Notes under the pieces: model-generated
The model's input: the letters and a program-made list of their open reading frames with translations, nothing else
Told to the model about the DNA's origin: nothing
Database searches by the model: none
Translations under genes and position numbers: made by a program
NCBI GenBank assembly: GCA_040901675.1
Contig: JBBDYJ010000035.1
Location: 128,001 to 192,000, forward strand
Source of the DNA: Pirellulales bacterium
Lineage (GTDB): Bacteria > Planctomycetota > Planctomycetia > Pirellulales > JAICIG01
Length of the DNA: 64,000 nt
Reading direction: 5' to 3'
Shown: piece after piece, positions 1-9,401 of the stretch
Layout of the letters: every line of letters begins with the position of its first letter
Position numbering within the stretch: position 1 is the stretch's first letter

Positions 1-188
1 TGGCCGTGGGCGGTCAAACCTTGTCGCTGCTGTTGACGCTGCTGGCCGTGCCCGTCGTCTACTCCCTGTTCGACGACTTGGGATGGCTGATCCCACGTCG
101 CCGCGGCTCCCAGGCGGACGCCGCACTCCCCCAGCCGGCCCCCGAAGCGGAGTTGGTCACGGCAGGCGACGGCAAGGCGGAAGGATGA
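1..188 (+). CDS. C-terminal end of an RND (AcrB/AcrD/AcrF-type) efflux transporter, partial at window edge
   Basis: GGQTLSLLLTLLAVPVVYSLFDD matches the last transmembrane helix pattern of RND permeases. Confidence 0.75.
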   Translation, partial: AVGGQTLSLLLTLLAVPVVYSLFDDLGWLIPRRRGSQADAALPQPAPEAELVTAGDGKAEG

Positions 189-386
189 GCGGGAAGCGAC
201 GTCCCTTAGCGGTTCGCGTGTCACGGCTCCGCGGCCAGTGCGCGAACGAAGAACCACTCGCGGAGCGAGTGGACCACATCAGGACTTCCTCCTTCCCTGC
301 CACGCGTATAATGGCCTGAATCGCCTCCGAGCGCCGGCCTGGCCCAGGGCGACCAATCGAAGCTTTTAGCTGCATCAATCGCGCCC

Positions 387-2336
387 ATGCCTTTGCGTCC
401 CGCCGCCAGCCGCGAGCGTTTTCAAGAATACCGCCAGGATCTTAAGCGCCGGCGCAGCCAGGCGGCGCCCCACACCGAGCCCGGCACCAACGGGCAGCCG
501 GAAACGCCAAGGCCGGCGCATCGCTCGTTCTGGAGGCTGCTGGTCGAGTTCTGGAAGCTGCTCGGCGGCCATCGCGGGCTGGTCGCTTTCTCGCTGGCGA
601 CGCTCGGCGTTTCAACGCTGCTGAAGCTGCTGCCGCCCGCCGCCACCAAGATCACGATCGACTACGTGCTGGCGGCCCAGCCGATCGAGAGCGTCTGGGC
701 CGAGCGGCTGAACCTGCCCGACGATCGCGGCCGCTTGCTGCTCTTGTTGGCGGCGGCCGTGTTGGCCATTTCGTTCGTCTCGACGGCGGTTCACCTCTGG
801 GGCCGCTGGCACGCCACGCGGGCCACCAAGCGGGTGCAGGCCGCGGTCCGCCGCAAAGTTTTCGACCACGCGGTGCGGTTGCCGCTGCACCGGGTCTACC
901 AGCTCAAGTCGGGCGGTCTGACCAGCATGCTCCGCGAAGACGCCGGCGGCGTGGCCGAGCTGATCTTCAGCATGCTTTACAATCCCTGGCGGGCGATCAT
1001 CCAGCTTACCGGCAGCATGGCCGTGCTGGCCTGGGTCGACTGGCGGCTGCTGTTGGGCTCGCTCGTGCTGTTGCCGTCGGTGTTCTTAAGCCACCGCACC
1101 TGGATCAGCCGCATTCGCCCGCTGCACCGCGACATCCGCCGGCAGCGGCAGGACATCGACAGCCACGCCACCGAGGCCTTTGGCGGAATGCGGGTGGTGC
1201 GCGCTTTCAGCCGGCAGCGGAGCGAGACGGGCCGCTTCACCCGCGCCAACCACCTGATGGCCCGGCAGGAGCTGCACGCCTGGTGGTGGGCGCGGGGCGT
1301 GGAGATCGTCTGGGAGATCCTGATCCCGCTGGCCTCGGCCGCGCTGCTGCTCTACGGCGGCTGGCAGGTGTTGTCTGGAAACCTGTCGCTGGGCGACCTG
1401 ATGATGTTTCTCGTTTACCTGACGATGCTGCTGGGTCCCCTGGCCACGCTGGCCGAGAGCGCCACTTCGCTGCAGAGCGGGCTGGCCGGCTTGGACCGCG
1501 TGCTGGACCTGCTCGGCGAGCCGACCGAGATGCCGCGCGTGCCCGGTTCGATTTCGGTCGACCCGGCCCGCGCGGCGGGCCGCGTCCGCTTCGACGGCGT
1601 GAGCTTCCGTTATCCGGGTTCGGACGAACTGGTGCTCAACGAGATCGATCTCGACGTCGAGCCGGGACAGATGATCGCCCTGGTCGGCCCCAGCGGCGCG
1701 GGCAAAACGACGCTCTGCAACCTGGTCGCCCGTTTCTACGACCCGACCGAAGGCAGCATCGAGCTGGACGGCATCGACTTGCGCAAGATCGACGTGGAAA
1801 GTTACCGGCGGCTGCTGGGCATCGTCGAGCAGGATATCTTCCTGTTCGACGGCACCGTGGCCGAAAACATCGGCTATGCCCTGCGAGGGGCCGATCCGGC
1901 CGACATCGAGCAGGCGGCCCGCGTGGCCCACGCTCACGAGTTCATCGCCGCCCTGCCGCTTGGCTACGAGACGTTGATCGGCGAGCGCGGCGTGCGGCTG
2001 AGCGGCGGGCAGCGGCAGCGGCTGGCGATCGCCCGCGCCGTGCTGGCCAATCCTCGGCTGCTGATCCTCGACGAGGCCACCAGCAACCTCGACACGGCCA
2101 GCGAGCGGCTGATTCAAGACAGCCTGCAGACGCTGATGCGCGGCCGGACCAGTTTCGTGATCGCCCACCGGCTGAGTACGATCACGCACGCGGACCGGAT
2201 CGTGGTGGTTGAGGCGGGACGCATCGTCGAAACGGGCACGCATCGCCAGTTGCTAGCTTCCAGCGGCCGGTACGAGCAGATGGTCCGCCAGCAAATGGGC
2301 CTGGCTGGTCCGGTTGCGGCCAACGGCGATCCATAG
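387..2336 (+). CDS. ABC exporter, fused permease/ATPase (MsbA/MdlB-like)
   Basis: N-terminal transmembrane region; Walker A GPSGAGKT, signature LSGGQRQR, Walker B ILDEATS, H-loop AHRLST. Confidence 0.95.
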   Translation: MPLRPAASRERFQEYRQDLKRRRSQAAPHTEPGTNGQPETPRPAHRSFWRLLVEFWKLLGGHRGLVAFSLATLGVSTLLKLLPPAATKITIDYVLAAQPIESVWAERLNLPDDRGRLLLLLAAAVLAISFVSTAVHLWGRWHATRATKRVQAAVRRKVFDHAVRLPLHRVYQLKSGGLTSMLREDAGGVAELIFSMLYNPWRAIIQLTGSMAVLAWVDWRLLLGSLVLLPSVFLSHRTWISRIRPLHRDIRRQRQDIDSHATEAFGGMRVVRAFSRQRSETGRFTRANHLMARQELHAWWWARGVEIVWEILIPLASAALLLYGGWQVLSGNLSLGDLMMFLVYLTMLLGPLATLAESATSLQSGLAGLDRVLDLLGEPTEMPRVPGSISVDPARAAGRVRFDGVSFRYPGSDELVLNEIDLDVEPGQMIALVGPSGAGKTTLCNLVARFYDPTEGSIELDGIDLRKIDVESYRRLLGIVEQDIFLFDGTVAENIGYALRGADPADIEQAARVAHAHEFIAALPLGYETLIGERGVRLSGGQRQRLAIARAVLANPRLLILDEATSNLDTASERLIQDSLQTLMRGRTSFVIAHRLSTITHADRIVVVEAGRIVETGTHRQLLASSGRYEQMVRQQMGLAGPVAANGDP

Positions 2337-2434
2337 CCTTCAGCCTTCATGTCCGTGCTGCAAGTCCGCCTCCGGAGGACTGAAGGTCCGCCTCTGGTGG
2401 GCTGCAAGTCCGCCGAAGCTAGGATCCACTATCC

Positions 2435-5400
2435 TTACCGGGCGCGCAGCGCCGGCTGGCGGGTGAGGGCCGGCGTCGATGGCGGCGAAGCGAGATAGGC
2501 GAACAGGTCGGCAATCTCCGCCAGCGTGAGTGTGTTCAACAGCCCCTCGGGCATGGCCGACTTCTGGCTGGGCACGATCTGCTCGACTTCGGCGTTCTTG
2601 AGCGCGGTTTTCTCGCCGTTGGGCCCAAGCACGACCAGCATGTCCTTGCCCACGGGTGCCACGATGCCGGTGTACGTGAGGCCTTGGCGGGTGGTCACGG
2701 ACTTGCTGGCATATTGATCGGAGATCACGTGCGAGGGGAAGACGATCGATTCGAGGATTTCCTTGCGCTGAAACCGCTGGCTCACCGTCGACAAGTCGGG
2801 CCCGACCGGCTCGCCGCGGCTGCCGTAACGGTGGCATTTGATGCACTGCGCTTTGACAAACGTCTCGGCGCCGCGGCGCGGATCGGCCTGCGAAGCCTCG
2901 TCGCTCGACAGAAAGCCCAGCAGCTCCTCGTAGCTCCACTGGGCCCCCGGATCTTCGACCGGCAGCGTGGCCGCCGGCTCGTCCGGATATTGCTCGACGA
3001 ACCACTGCTGCCAGGCGGCCAGGGCCTGGTCCCAGCGGTCCTTCGGTTTTCCGACGGTTTCGCCGGTCCATTTTGCCAGCAGTCGGATGGCCAGCGGCGC
3101 GCCCTGCTCTTTCAGCTTCAAGCCGGCCAGAATCACTTGCCGCACCGGCTCCGGCTCGCGGGGCGACCCTTCGACGCGGGCGAGCTGCGTGATCACTTCG
3201 CGGGCGGCCGCTCCTTCCACGATCGAGAGCGAACGCAGCAGCACCGGCCAGTTCTCGCCTTGGGGCGCCTGGGCCAGTCCCATGGCAAGTTCCTCGCGCC
3301 GTTCGGGGCTCCTTTCGTAGGCCTCCCGCAGGTGGGCCATCGCCTTCGAGTCGGTGCTGCGCCCCAATACGGCCACGACCCCGGTGGCCAGGCGAATGGC
3401 CGCCGGGTCGGTCATCTCCTCCAACTGTCCGTCCAGCTCGATCAGCCGGCGGATCACATCGTCGCCGGGATGCTCCGGGAGCGAAACCAGAACGAACAGC
3501 GCGGCGGTTGGCCACTCGGCGGCCTTGTCCAGCACCAGCGACCGCTCTACTTCGCTGAACGAAGCGATGAAGTCGCGCGAGACGTTGTCGATATACCCTG
3601 AAAAGCTGTGGCCGCCCGGCAGGGCCCGTGCTTTCTCGTAGAAGTCGACCAGCGCCAACTTCTGCTGGCTGGTCCAGCCCTCGGTGAGAAAGCGGGCGTG
3701 CAGGCCGACGTGCAGCTTCTCCTCGATGGGCGCGGCGCCGGCGAGCGTTTCCAAGAAGCGGGGGATGACGCTCGGCTGCTGCAGGTAAACCAGCAACCGC
3801 ACCAGCTCGCGGTTGATCCGCTGCTCGCGGCCCGGCGGCTCGTTGGCCGGATACTCGTCGGCCAACTGCCGGCAGAGGTCGGGCACGTTCTCGCGCGTCA
3901 ATTCACCGCGTTTCAAAGCCAGTTCCAAGACGCGCAGCAGATCGACGAAGTCGTCGTCCCTCATGTATCCGCGCATCAGGGCGCTGGCCCGCGTGATGAC
4001 GGCGTCGATCGTCTTGGCATCCGGGTCGAGGACCAACAGGCCCGTCGCCCCCACCAGGAACACCCGGTGGTTCTCGGCCTCCAAGACGGCCGGCTCCCAC
4101 CGCTGGGTGGGCAGGCTTTCCAATGCCCGGCGGGCCGCCCACGACACGTATGGATTCGGATCGGCCAGCAGGCGGATCAGCGGTTCGGCCGGGGGCTTGT
4201 AGCCGCCGCGGACCAGCGATTCGCAGGCCACGCGGCGGACCGTGGCATCGGCGTCGGTGAGCATCTCGACCAGCCGCTCGCCCGCCGGCTTGCCGGTGTG
4301 CAGCGCCATCAGCGAGGCCGCTTTCGACCGCAGCTCCGCGTTGGTCTCGCGCGAGACGCGGACCAGCATCTGCGTGGTCGGAAACGGACCGACAAGCTGC
4401 ATCAAGTCCAAGGCCCGCGTCCGGTCGTTGATCGAGTAGGCCGAGTTGTCGACCACCGCCGCCAGTTGGCGGTCCCACTCGCCGCCGAGCGACTGTTGGA
4501 TGGCGGCCACGTGCTGCCTGGCAAAGGCACTGTGCAACTGCGGTTGGCGGATGGCCTCCAGCACGCCTTCGATCTTGGGCCGCGGCGGCACGCCGCCGGT
4601 CCATACCACGCGGTAGATGCCTCCCTGCGTGCCCCGGCCGCCGGTGCAGAAATAGAGCCAGCCGTCGGGTCCCACGGCAATGTCGGTGGCGTTGAGCGGG
4701 CGTCCTTCGAGGAATACTTCGGCCTGGCCCGCGTACGTGCCGCCGGCCGGCTGCAGCCGCATGGCCAGGATCCGGCCCTGCGACCAATCGCAGGCGAACA
4801 TGGCGTTGTGATAGCGAACCGGGAAGCGGAAGTGGTTGTAGAACTCGACGCCGGTGGGCGACCCCCGGCCGGTATCCAGCGTCGACGGGAGGCTGTCGAC
4901 ATAGTAGGGCGGCCAGACGGCCCAGCCGCTGCGCCAGCCATACTCGCCGCCGGCCACGATATGGTTGATCCGCGTGGGCCGGTACCAGGGCTGGCCCACG
5001 TCCCACTCCATGTCCGAGTCGTAGGTGAACAGGTCGCCTTGGCGGTTGAAGGCGATGTCGTAGGCGTTGCGGAAGCCGCCGGCAAAGATCTGGACGAAGT
5101 CGCCTTCGGTGTTGGTCCGCACGACGGTGCCCCCGGGCGCCTTGAGCCCCGCCGCATGGCCGTTGGCGTCCTCGTAGCGCGGCCCGACCAGGTCGCCTTC
5201 ATAGAAATGATGGTGCGGGCTCTCCGCCGCCGGCTCGACGCTGATCTGCGCATGGTTGCCCACCATCATGTAGATCAGCCCGTCGGGACCCAGCACCGGC
5301 ACGTGCGCGCCATGCTCGCCCATCGCCCCGTCGAACTTCACCAGCATGGTTGCCGTTTCGGCAACGTCGTCGGCATCCTCGTCGGAGAGGCGGTAAAGCG

Positions 5401-6268
5401 CCGGGCCTTCCGCCCCCTCGCCGATCGCGAACACCTCCCCGTTGAGGGCCAGGATTCCCTGGCAGTTCTTGACGATGTCGCAGTACGTGCTGACCGTCTC
5501 CACCACTCCGTCGCGATCCTCGTCGATGATGGCGATCAGCGCGCCGCCTTCCCTGGAGGCGATGATGTCGCCCCATTCGTTGAAGGCCATGGCCACCAGC
5601 GAGCCGGTCTGTTCCGGGCTGACGACTTGCTCGACCCGGAACTCGGCCGGCAGAATGAAGCGGCCCGCGCCCCCGCCGTCGCCCGCGACCTGGTTGGTCC
5701 AGGGGGGCGTCGATCCGAAGGGCCCGAAGCTGCGCGCCGGGATCCACTGCGAATCGTCGAACTGGATGGTCTCCCAGCCGGGCGATTGCTTCAGGCTGGT
5801 CTTCCAGCTTGTATCGCTGACTTGGGCTATTTCGCCCCCTGCCGGCCCTGCCAGCTTGATCCGGACCGCGAGGCCGGCTGAAGCGCCCGTTTTATTGGCC
5901 GCCTTGACGGCGATCACGTTGCGGCCGCTCTGCAGGTATGGCACTAGCTCGTAGGTGGTCATCCGCCGCCAATCGTCGCCGGACGCCATCTGGCGGCCAT
6001 TCACGTACAGCTCGTAGGCGTCGTCGCAGGCGATTTGGATGTGGCCCCGCTCGCTCCCCTTGAGCACCAGCGAGTGCCTGAAAAAGCAGGCGCCGGCCGG
6101 CACCAGGTCCTTGGTATGGGCCGGCGACCAGATCCATTGAGCTTCGGGGGCCGGGGCCGGGGCCGGGCCGGCCGCGTTTTGTGCCGGGGCATCGAGCAAT
6201 CGCAGGACCAGGCAGGCCGAGAGCGTCGACGCCAGCAACATCAGCCGGCGACAGCATCGCAGGTTCAT
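2435..6268 (-). CDS. PVC-type membrane-bound dehydrogenase / heme-binding protein (carbohydrate-binding-like N-domain, beta-propeller, HEAT repeats, cytochrome c)
   Basis: Signal peptide after MNLRCC (start chosen at 6268); GFRNAYD and GGEYGWR propeller motifs; helical repeats; CIKCH heme site followed by GPDLS and S-x-MPEGL. Confidence 0.85.
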   Translation of the reverse strand: MNLRCCRRLMLLASTLSACLVLRLLDAPAQNAAGPAPAPAPEAQWIWSPAHTKDLVPAGACFFRHSLVLKGSERGHIQIACDDAYELYVNGRQMASGDDWRRMTTYELVPYLQSGRNVIAVKAANKTGASAGLAVRIKLAGPAGGEIAQVSDTSWKTSLKQSPGWETIQFDDSQWIPARSFGPFGSTPPWTNQVAGDGGGAGRFILPAEFRVEQVVSPEQTGSLVAMAFNEWGDIIASREGGALIAIIDEDRDGVVETVSTYCDIVKNCQGILALNGEVFAIGEGAEGPALYRLSDEDADDVAETATMLVKFDGAMGEHGAHVPVLGPDGLIYMMVGNHAQISVEPAAESPHHHFYEGDLVGPRYEDANGHAAGLKAPGGTVVRTNTEGDFVQIFAGGFRNAYDIAFNRQGDLFTYDSDMEWDVGQPWYRPTRINHIVAGGEYGWRSGWAVWPPYYVDSLPSTLDTGRGSPTGVEFYNHFRFPVRYHNAMFACDWSQGRILAMRLQPAGGTYAGQAEVFLEGRPLNATDIAVGPDGWLYFCTGGRGTQGGIYRVVWTGGVPPRPKIEGVLEAIRQPQLHSAFARQHVAAIQQSLGGEWDRQLAAVVDNSAYSINDRTRALDLMQLVGPFPTTQMLVRVSRETNAELRSKAASLMALHTGKPAGERLVEMLTDADATVRRVACESLVRGGYKPPAEPLIRLLADPNPYVSWAARRALESLPTQRWEPAVLEAENHRVFLVGATGLLVLDPDAKTIDAVITRASALMRGYMRDDDFVDLLRVLELALKRGELTRENVPDLCRQLADEYPANEPPGREQRINRELVRLLVYLQQPSVIPRFLETLAGAAPIEEKLHVGLHARFLTEGWTSQQKLALVDFYEKARALPGGHSFSGYIDNVSRDFIASFSEVERSLVLDKAAEWPTAALFVLVSLPEHPGDDVIRRLIELDGQLEEMTDPAAIRLATGVVAVLGRSTDSKAMAHLREAYERSPERREELAMGLAQAPQGENWPVLLRSLSIVEGAAAREVITQLARVEGSPREPEPVRQVILAGLKLKEQGAPLAIRLLAKWTGETVGKPKDRWDQALAAWQQWFVEQYPDEPAATLPVEDPGAQWSYEELLGFLSSDEASQADPRRGAETFVKAQCIKCHRYGSRGEPVGPDLSTVSQRFQRKEILESIVFPSHVISDQYASKSVTTRQGLTYTGIVAPVGKDMLVVLGPNGEKTALKNAEVEQIVPSQKSAMPEGLLNTLTLAEIADLFAYLASPPSTPALTRQPALRAR

Positions 6269-6543
6269 GGGACTTTGGCTCGCTGGAAATGGAAACGAGG
6301 CGGCTTTCCCGAGCGAATGCGGGCGGGATAAGGTAGCGAGATTGCCCGGCCGGGGCAACACCGATCCGCCCGGCCGGATGTGCCCGCCAGCCGCCGAACA
6401 GCGACCAGATCCACGTGTTCGGCCCACACCCACCCCTTTTTTGGCGCCGCCGCCTCTCAGGGCCCCTGGGGAGGGCTGTCCGTCTTCGTAACGCGGAGGC
6501 GGTTCCAGGGGGCGTTTTGGCCAGGGGCACTGCCATCGAAAGG

Positions 6544-6679
6544 CATCGCGAAGAACCGACCAGACGACGAGGAACTGCTCGGCTTCCGCGCCGAGGCGGA
6601 GGAACTGATGGGCATCGGCGAGGGGGCAGACTCCGGGGGTGAACGATGGGCCCAGAGCTCCGAACGGGAGGAAAATTAA
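6544..6679 (+). pseudogene. Orphan C-terminal fragment resembling the tail of planctomycete TPR-containing Ser/Thr kinases
   Basis: Frame reads KNRPDDEELLGFRAEAEELMGI...stop with no convincing start or upstream domain; similarity recalled from memory. Confidence 0.4.
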
Positions 6680-7002
6680 TGCACGCGCAGCGATTGTTCG
6701 GTAATGAGGATTTCGAGCTGGTCGAACTCGCGCAGCAGGTCGCGTTTGAGCTGCGCGATGAACCGCGTGCTGCCCTGACGGCGGAAATCCAGCACGGTCA
6801 TGAAGATGACCTCATCGAGGTAGAGCCGGCTCTCGCCGTGCCAGATGCCGCGCAGCGGGAACTCGCGCTGTTGAGAGGTCAGGCCGCCGAACCGGGCCAC
6901 CAACCGCCGCTCCACCGCGTCAAAGAGCGCCTCGGCGATGGCTCGGCCGGCGTTGTCAGCCAAGGGGAGATAGAGGTCGTAGCGCCTGGCCGCCCTAGCC
7001 AT
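6676..7002 (-). CDS. Hypothetical 108-aa alpha/beta protein, second gene of a small overlapping pair
   Basis: Globular-looking sequence RYDLYLPL..N.G...RFGGLT...GIW....YLDEV...F.QLEILIT; ATG overlaps the upstream stop. Confidence 0.8.
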   Translation of the reverse strand: MARAARRYDLYLPLADNAGRAIAEALFDAVERRLVARFGGLTSQQREFPLRGIWHGESRLYLDEVIFMTVLDFRRQGSTRFIAQLKRDLLREFDQLEILITEQSLRVH

Positions 7003-7195
7003 GATCGCGCCCCGCGCGCCGACCGTCGGCCGCCGCGACGACCTCGAAGGGCAATTTCTTGCGGCGCAGCAACCGAATCTGCCGCTCGCTCACCAGGTAG
7101 ACCGGTTCCTGACTGATTCGGGAGATCGGCCCGGAGGCGACCAGGACGCGCCAGACTTTGCCCCACTGTTCAGATGGAATCCGGATGGCCCGCAT
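6995..7195 (-). CDS. Hypothetical 66-aa basic protein, first gene of the pair
   Basis: ATG preceded by AAGGA; stop overlaps the next start by 8 nt. Confidence 0.7.
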   Translation of the reverse strand: MRAIRIPSEQWGKVWRVLVASGPISRISQEPVYLVSERQIRLLRRKKLPFEVVAAADGRRAGRDHG

Positions 7196-7488
7196 CGCTC
7201 AGAATCCTTGGCCGAAAGCGTGAACATTGTGACTTCTCACCAGTGTATCTGGAAAAGCGAAAAGCGGAAACCGCACTGCTGCGCATTGATGAGAGAGCCG
7301 GCGGTGCTGACCGTCCCGTACGCGCGACGCGATTGCCTTTGTGGGCCGGTTGGTCGGCGACCATGAGACGGCGCTCTGGGTTGTCGATCTGGCCGAGCCG
7401 CTGGATTCGCCTTATCGGGTCGGCGCTTTACAATAGTGCTTGGTTGGGAAGTGGGCAGCGGGGAACGGGGAAGGCAGGGGAACGGGCC

Positions 7489-9399
7489 GTGTCGGTAACC
7501 CAAGATCCGAAGCGAACATCCGCCGCGGCGGAATCGAAGACACCGAACCGCATCTGGCTCGATGGCTCCGTTCTGGCCTGCGCTTGTCCCGACTGCCAGG
7601 CCCTGATGTCGATCAGGCTCTGGCTGATGGTCGCCGACTGCTGGCAGTGCGGCGCCAGTGTCGAACTGACCCAGGAAGAACAGCAAGAGGCGATTCGACT
7701 GCTCGAGGGTGGCCGGCTCCAGGCGGCGGCTGGCGCCAGCGAAACGGATGGCGGGCAGCGGGTCCGCCCCCAGCCGCCACCGTCGGCGCCTCGCGAACCG
7801 AGCCAGCCGGCCCCCGGCTTGCCCTGTTCGCCTCCCGCCACCTGCCATCCGCCACCTGCCGCTCATCCGCAACCTGCTACCCGCCAGCCGCCACTGCCCG
7901 CCCGGATTGCGGCCGCCCAGAAGCCCAGCCGCGCGAGAGCCAGGCTGGATGCCATTCGTGCGCTGGGCGAGACCCGGTTGTGGCTGGCCAACTGGTGGCG
8001 CGACCTGCCGTGCTGGTTGACCAGCCTGGTGCTGCACATGCTGCTCATGATCCTGCTGGGCCTGTGGGCCGTTCCGAGCGGGGGGCCGCCCAGGCCGTTG
8101 ACGCTGGCGACGCAGGTGAACTCGTTGGACCAGTCGGGCGACGCCGAACGATTCTTCGAGCCTGATGCCGGGCCCGAGTTCGACGACCCTGGCGCCGTGA
8201 TGCTCGAGCCGGTCGACGAGGCCGATCCGTTTGCCCGGTCCGAATCGGAAACGCTGGTGGGAGTTGCTTTGCACCCATCGGGCGACGAGCCCGAACCGCT
8301 CCCCAGCGCCTTGTTTCCCAGCGGTCCGGCCGAGCTGCCTGCCATGCTCGTGGGCCGCGACCCCCGCTTGCGAAGCCACCTGGTCGAGCGTGAAGGCGGC
8401 ACGATCGAAAGCGAGGCGGCCGTGGCTCGCGGGCTCCAGTGGCTGGCGCGGCACCAGGACTACGACGGCAGTTGGGACCTGCGGGGGTTCTGCCTTGCCG
8501 GCGACTGCGATCGGCAATGCCGCGACGCGGCGGCCGCAAGCGACAAGGTGTCGGGCACCGCCCTGGCGTTGTTGCCCTTCCTGGGGGCCGGCCAAACCCA
8601 CCTCGCCGGCGAGTATCGGGAAGTCGTGGCCGGGGGGCTGGATTGGATGGTCGACCGTCAAGAAGAAAGCGGTGGGATGCCGCTCGAAACGCTGGGGCGG
8701 ATGTACGGCCACGGTCTGGGCGCCATCGTGTTGTGCGAGGCGTATGGGCTGACCCGCGATGAACGCTTGCGGGGCCCGGCGCAGCGTGCTCTCGACTTTA
8801 TCGCGCGGGCCCAGCACCCGCGGGGCGGCTGGCGCTATCGCCCTGGGTCGCCCGGAGACATGAGCGTCGTGGGCTGGCAGATCATGGCCCTGCGCAGCGG
8901 GGAAATGGCCTACCTCGGCATTCCGCCCGACGTGTTTGACAAGGCCGCCGGCTTTCTCGACACCGTCCAGGTTCGTCCCGACCGCGGGCTGTTCGGGTAC
9001 TTGCCGGGCAATCAGCCGACGTCGGCCATGACGGCCGAAGGACTGCTATGCCGGCAATACGCGGGTTGGCGAGCCGACGAGCCGGCGTTGGCCGCGGGCG
9101 TCGATTGGCTGATTCAGAACCATCTGCCGGCTCGCGGCCGCGAGGACATTTACTACTGGTACTACGGGACGCAGGTCATGCATCACGTGGGCGGGCCGGC
9201 TTGGCAGGCATGGAACGAGGCGCTGCGCGACCTTTTGGTCTCGATGCAGGAGACCGAGGGACACGAGGCAGGCAGTTGGTCGCCCCGGCGCGGCTTCGAC
9301 TATGCCGGCGGCCGGCTGTACGTCACTTCGCTGTCGATCTGCACCCTGGAGGTTTACTACCGGCACATGCCGCTGTACCGGACCGACGCCGTGCAGTGA
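7489..9399 (+). CDS. Membrane-anchored prenyltransferase/squalene-oxidase repeat protein with N-terminal Zn-ribbon
   Basis: CPDC..CWQC, Pro-rich linker, TM SLVLHMLLMILLGLW, repeats GLQWLARHQ..DGSW, GGWRY, YYWYY, LEVYYRH; GTG start inferred. Confidence 0.85.
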   Translation: MSVTQDPKRTSAAAESKTPNRIWLDGSVLACACPDCQALMSIRLWLMVADCWQCGASVELTQEEQQEAIRLLEGGRLQAAAGASETDGGQRVRPQPPPSAPREPSQPAPGLPCSPPATCHPPPAAHPQPATRQPPLPARIAAAQKPSRARARLDAIRALGETRLWLANWWRDLPCWLTSLVLHMLLMILLGLWAVPSGGPPRPLTLATQVNSLDQSGDAERFFEPDAGPEFDDPGAVMLEPVDEADPFARSESETLVGVALHPSGDEPEPLPSALFPSGPAELPAMLVGRDPRLRSHLVEREGGTIESEAAVARGLQWLARHQDYDGSWDLRGFCLAGDCDRQCRDAAAASDKVSGTALALLPFLGAGQTHLAGEYREVVAGGLDWMVDRQEESGGMPLETLGRMYGHGLGAIVLCEAYGLTRDERLRGPAQRALDFIARAQHPRGGWRYRPGSPGDMSVVGWQIMALRSGEMAYLGIPPDVFDKAAGFLDTVQVRPDRGLFGYLPGNQPTSAMTAEGLLCRQYAGWRADEPALAAGVDWLIQNHLPARGREDIYYWYYGTQVMHHVGGPAWQAWNEALRDLLVSMQETEGHEAGSWSPRRGFDYAGGRLYVTSLSICTLEVYYRHMPLYRTDAVQ

Positions 9400-9401
9400 G
9401 C

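Noticed and set aside
6146..6172. GGGGCC hexamer run
   Set aside because: Encodes a Pro-Ala linker after the signal peptide; ordinary.
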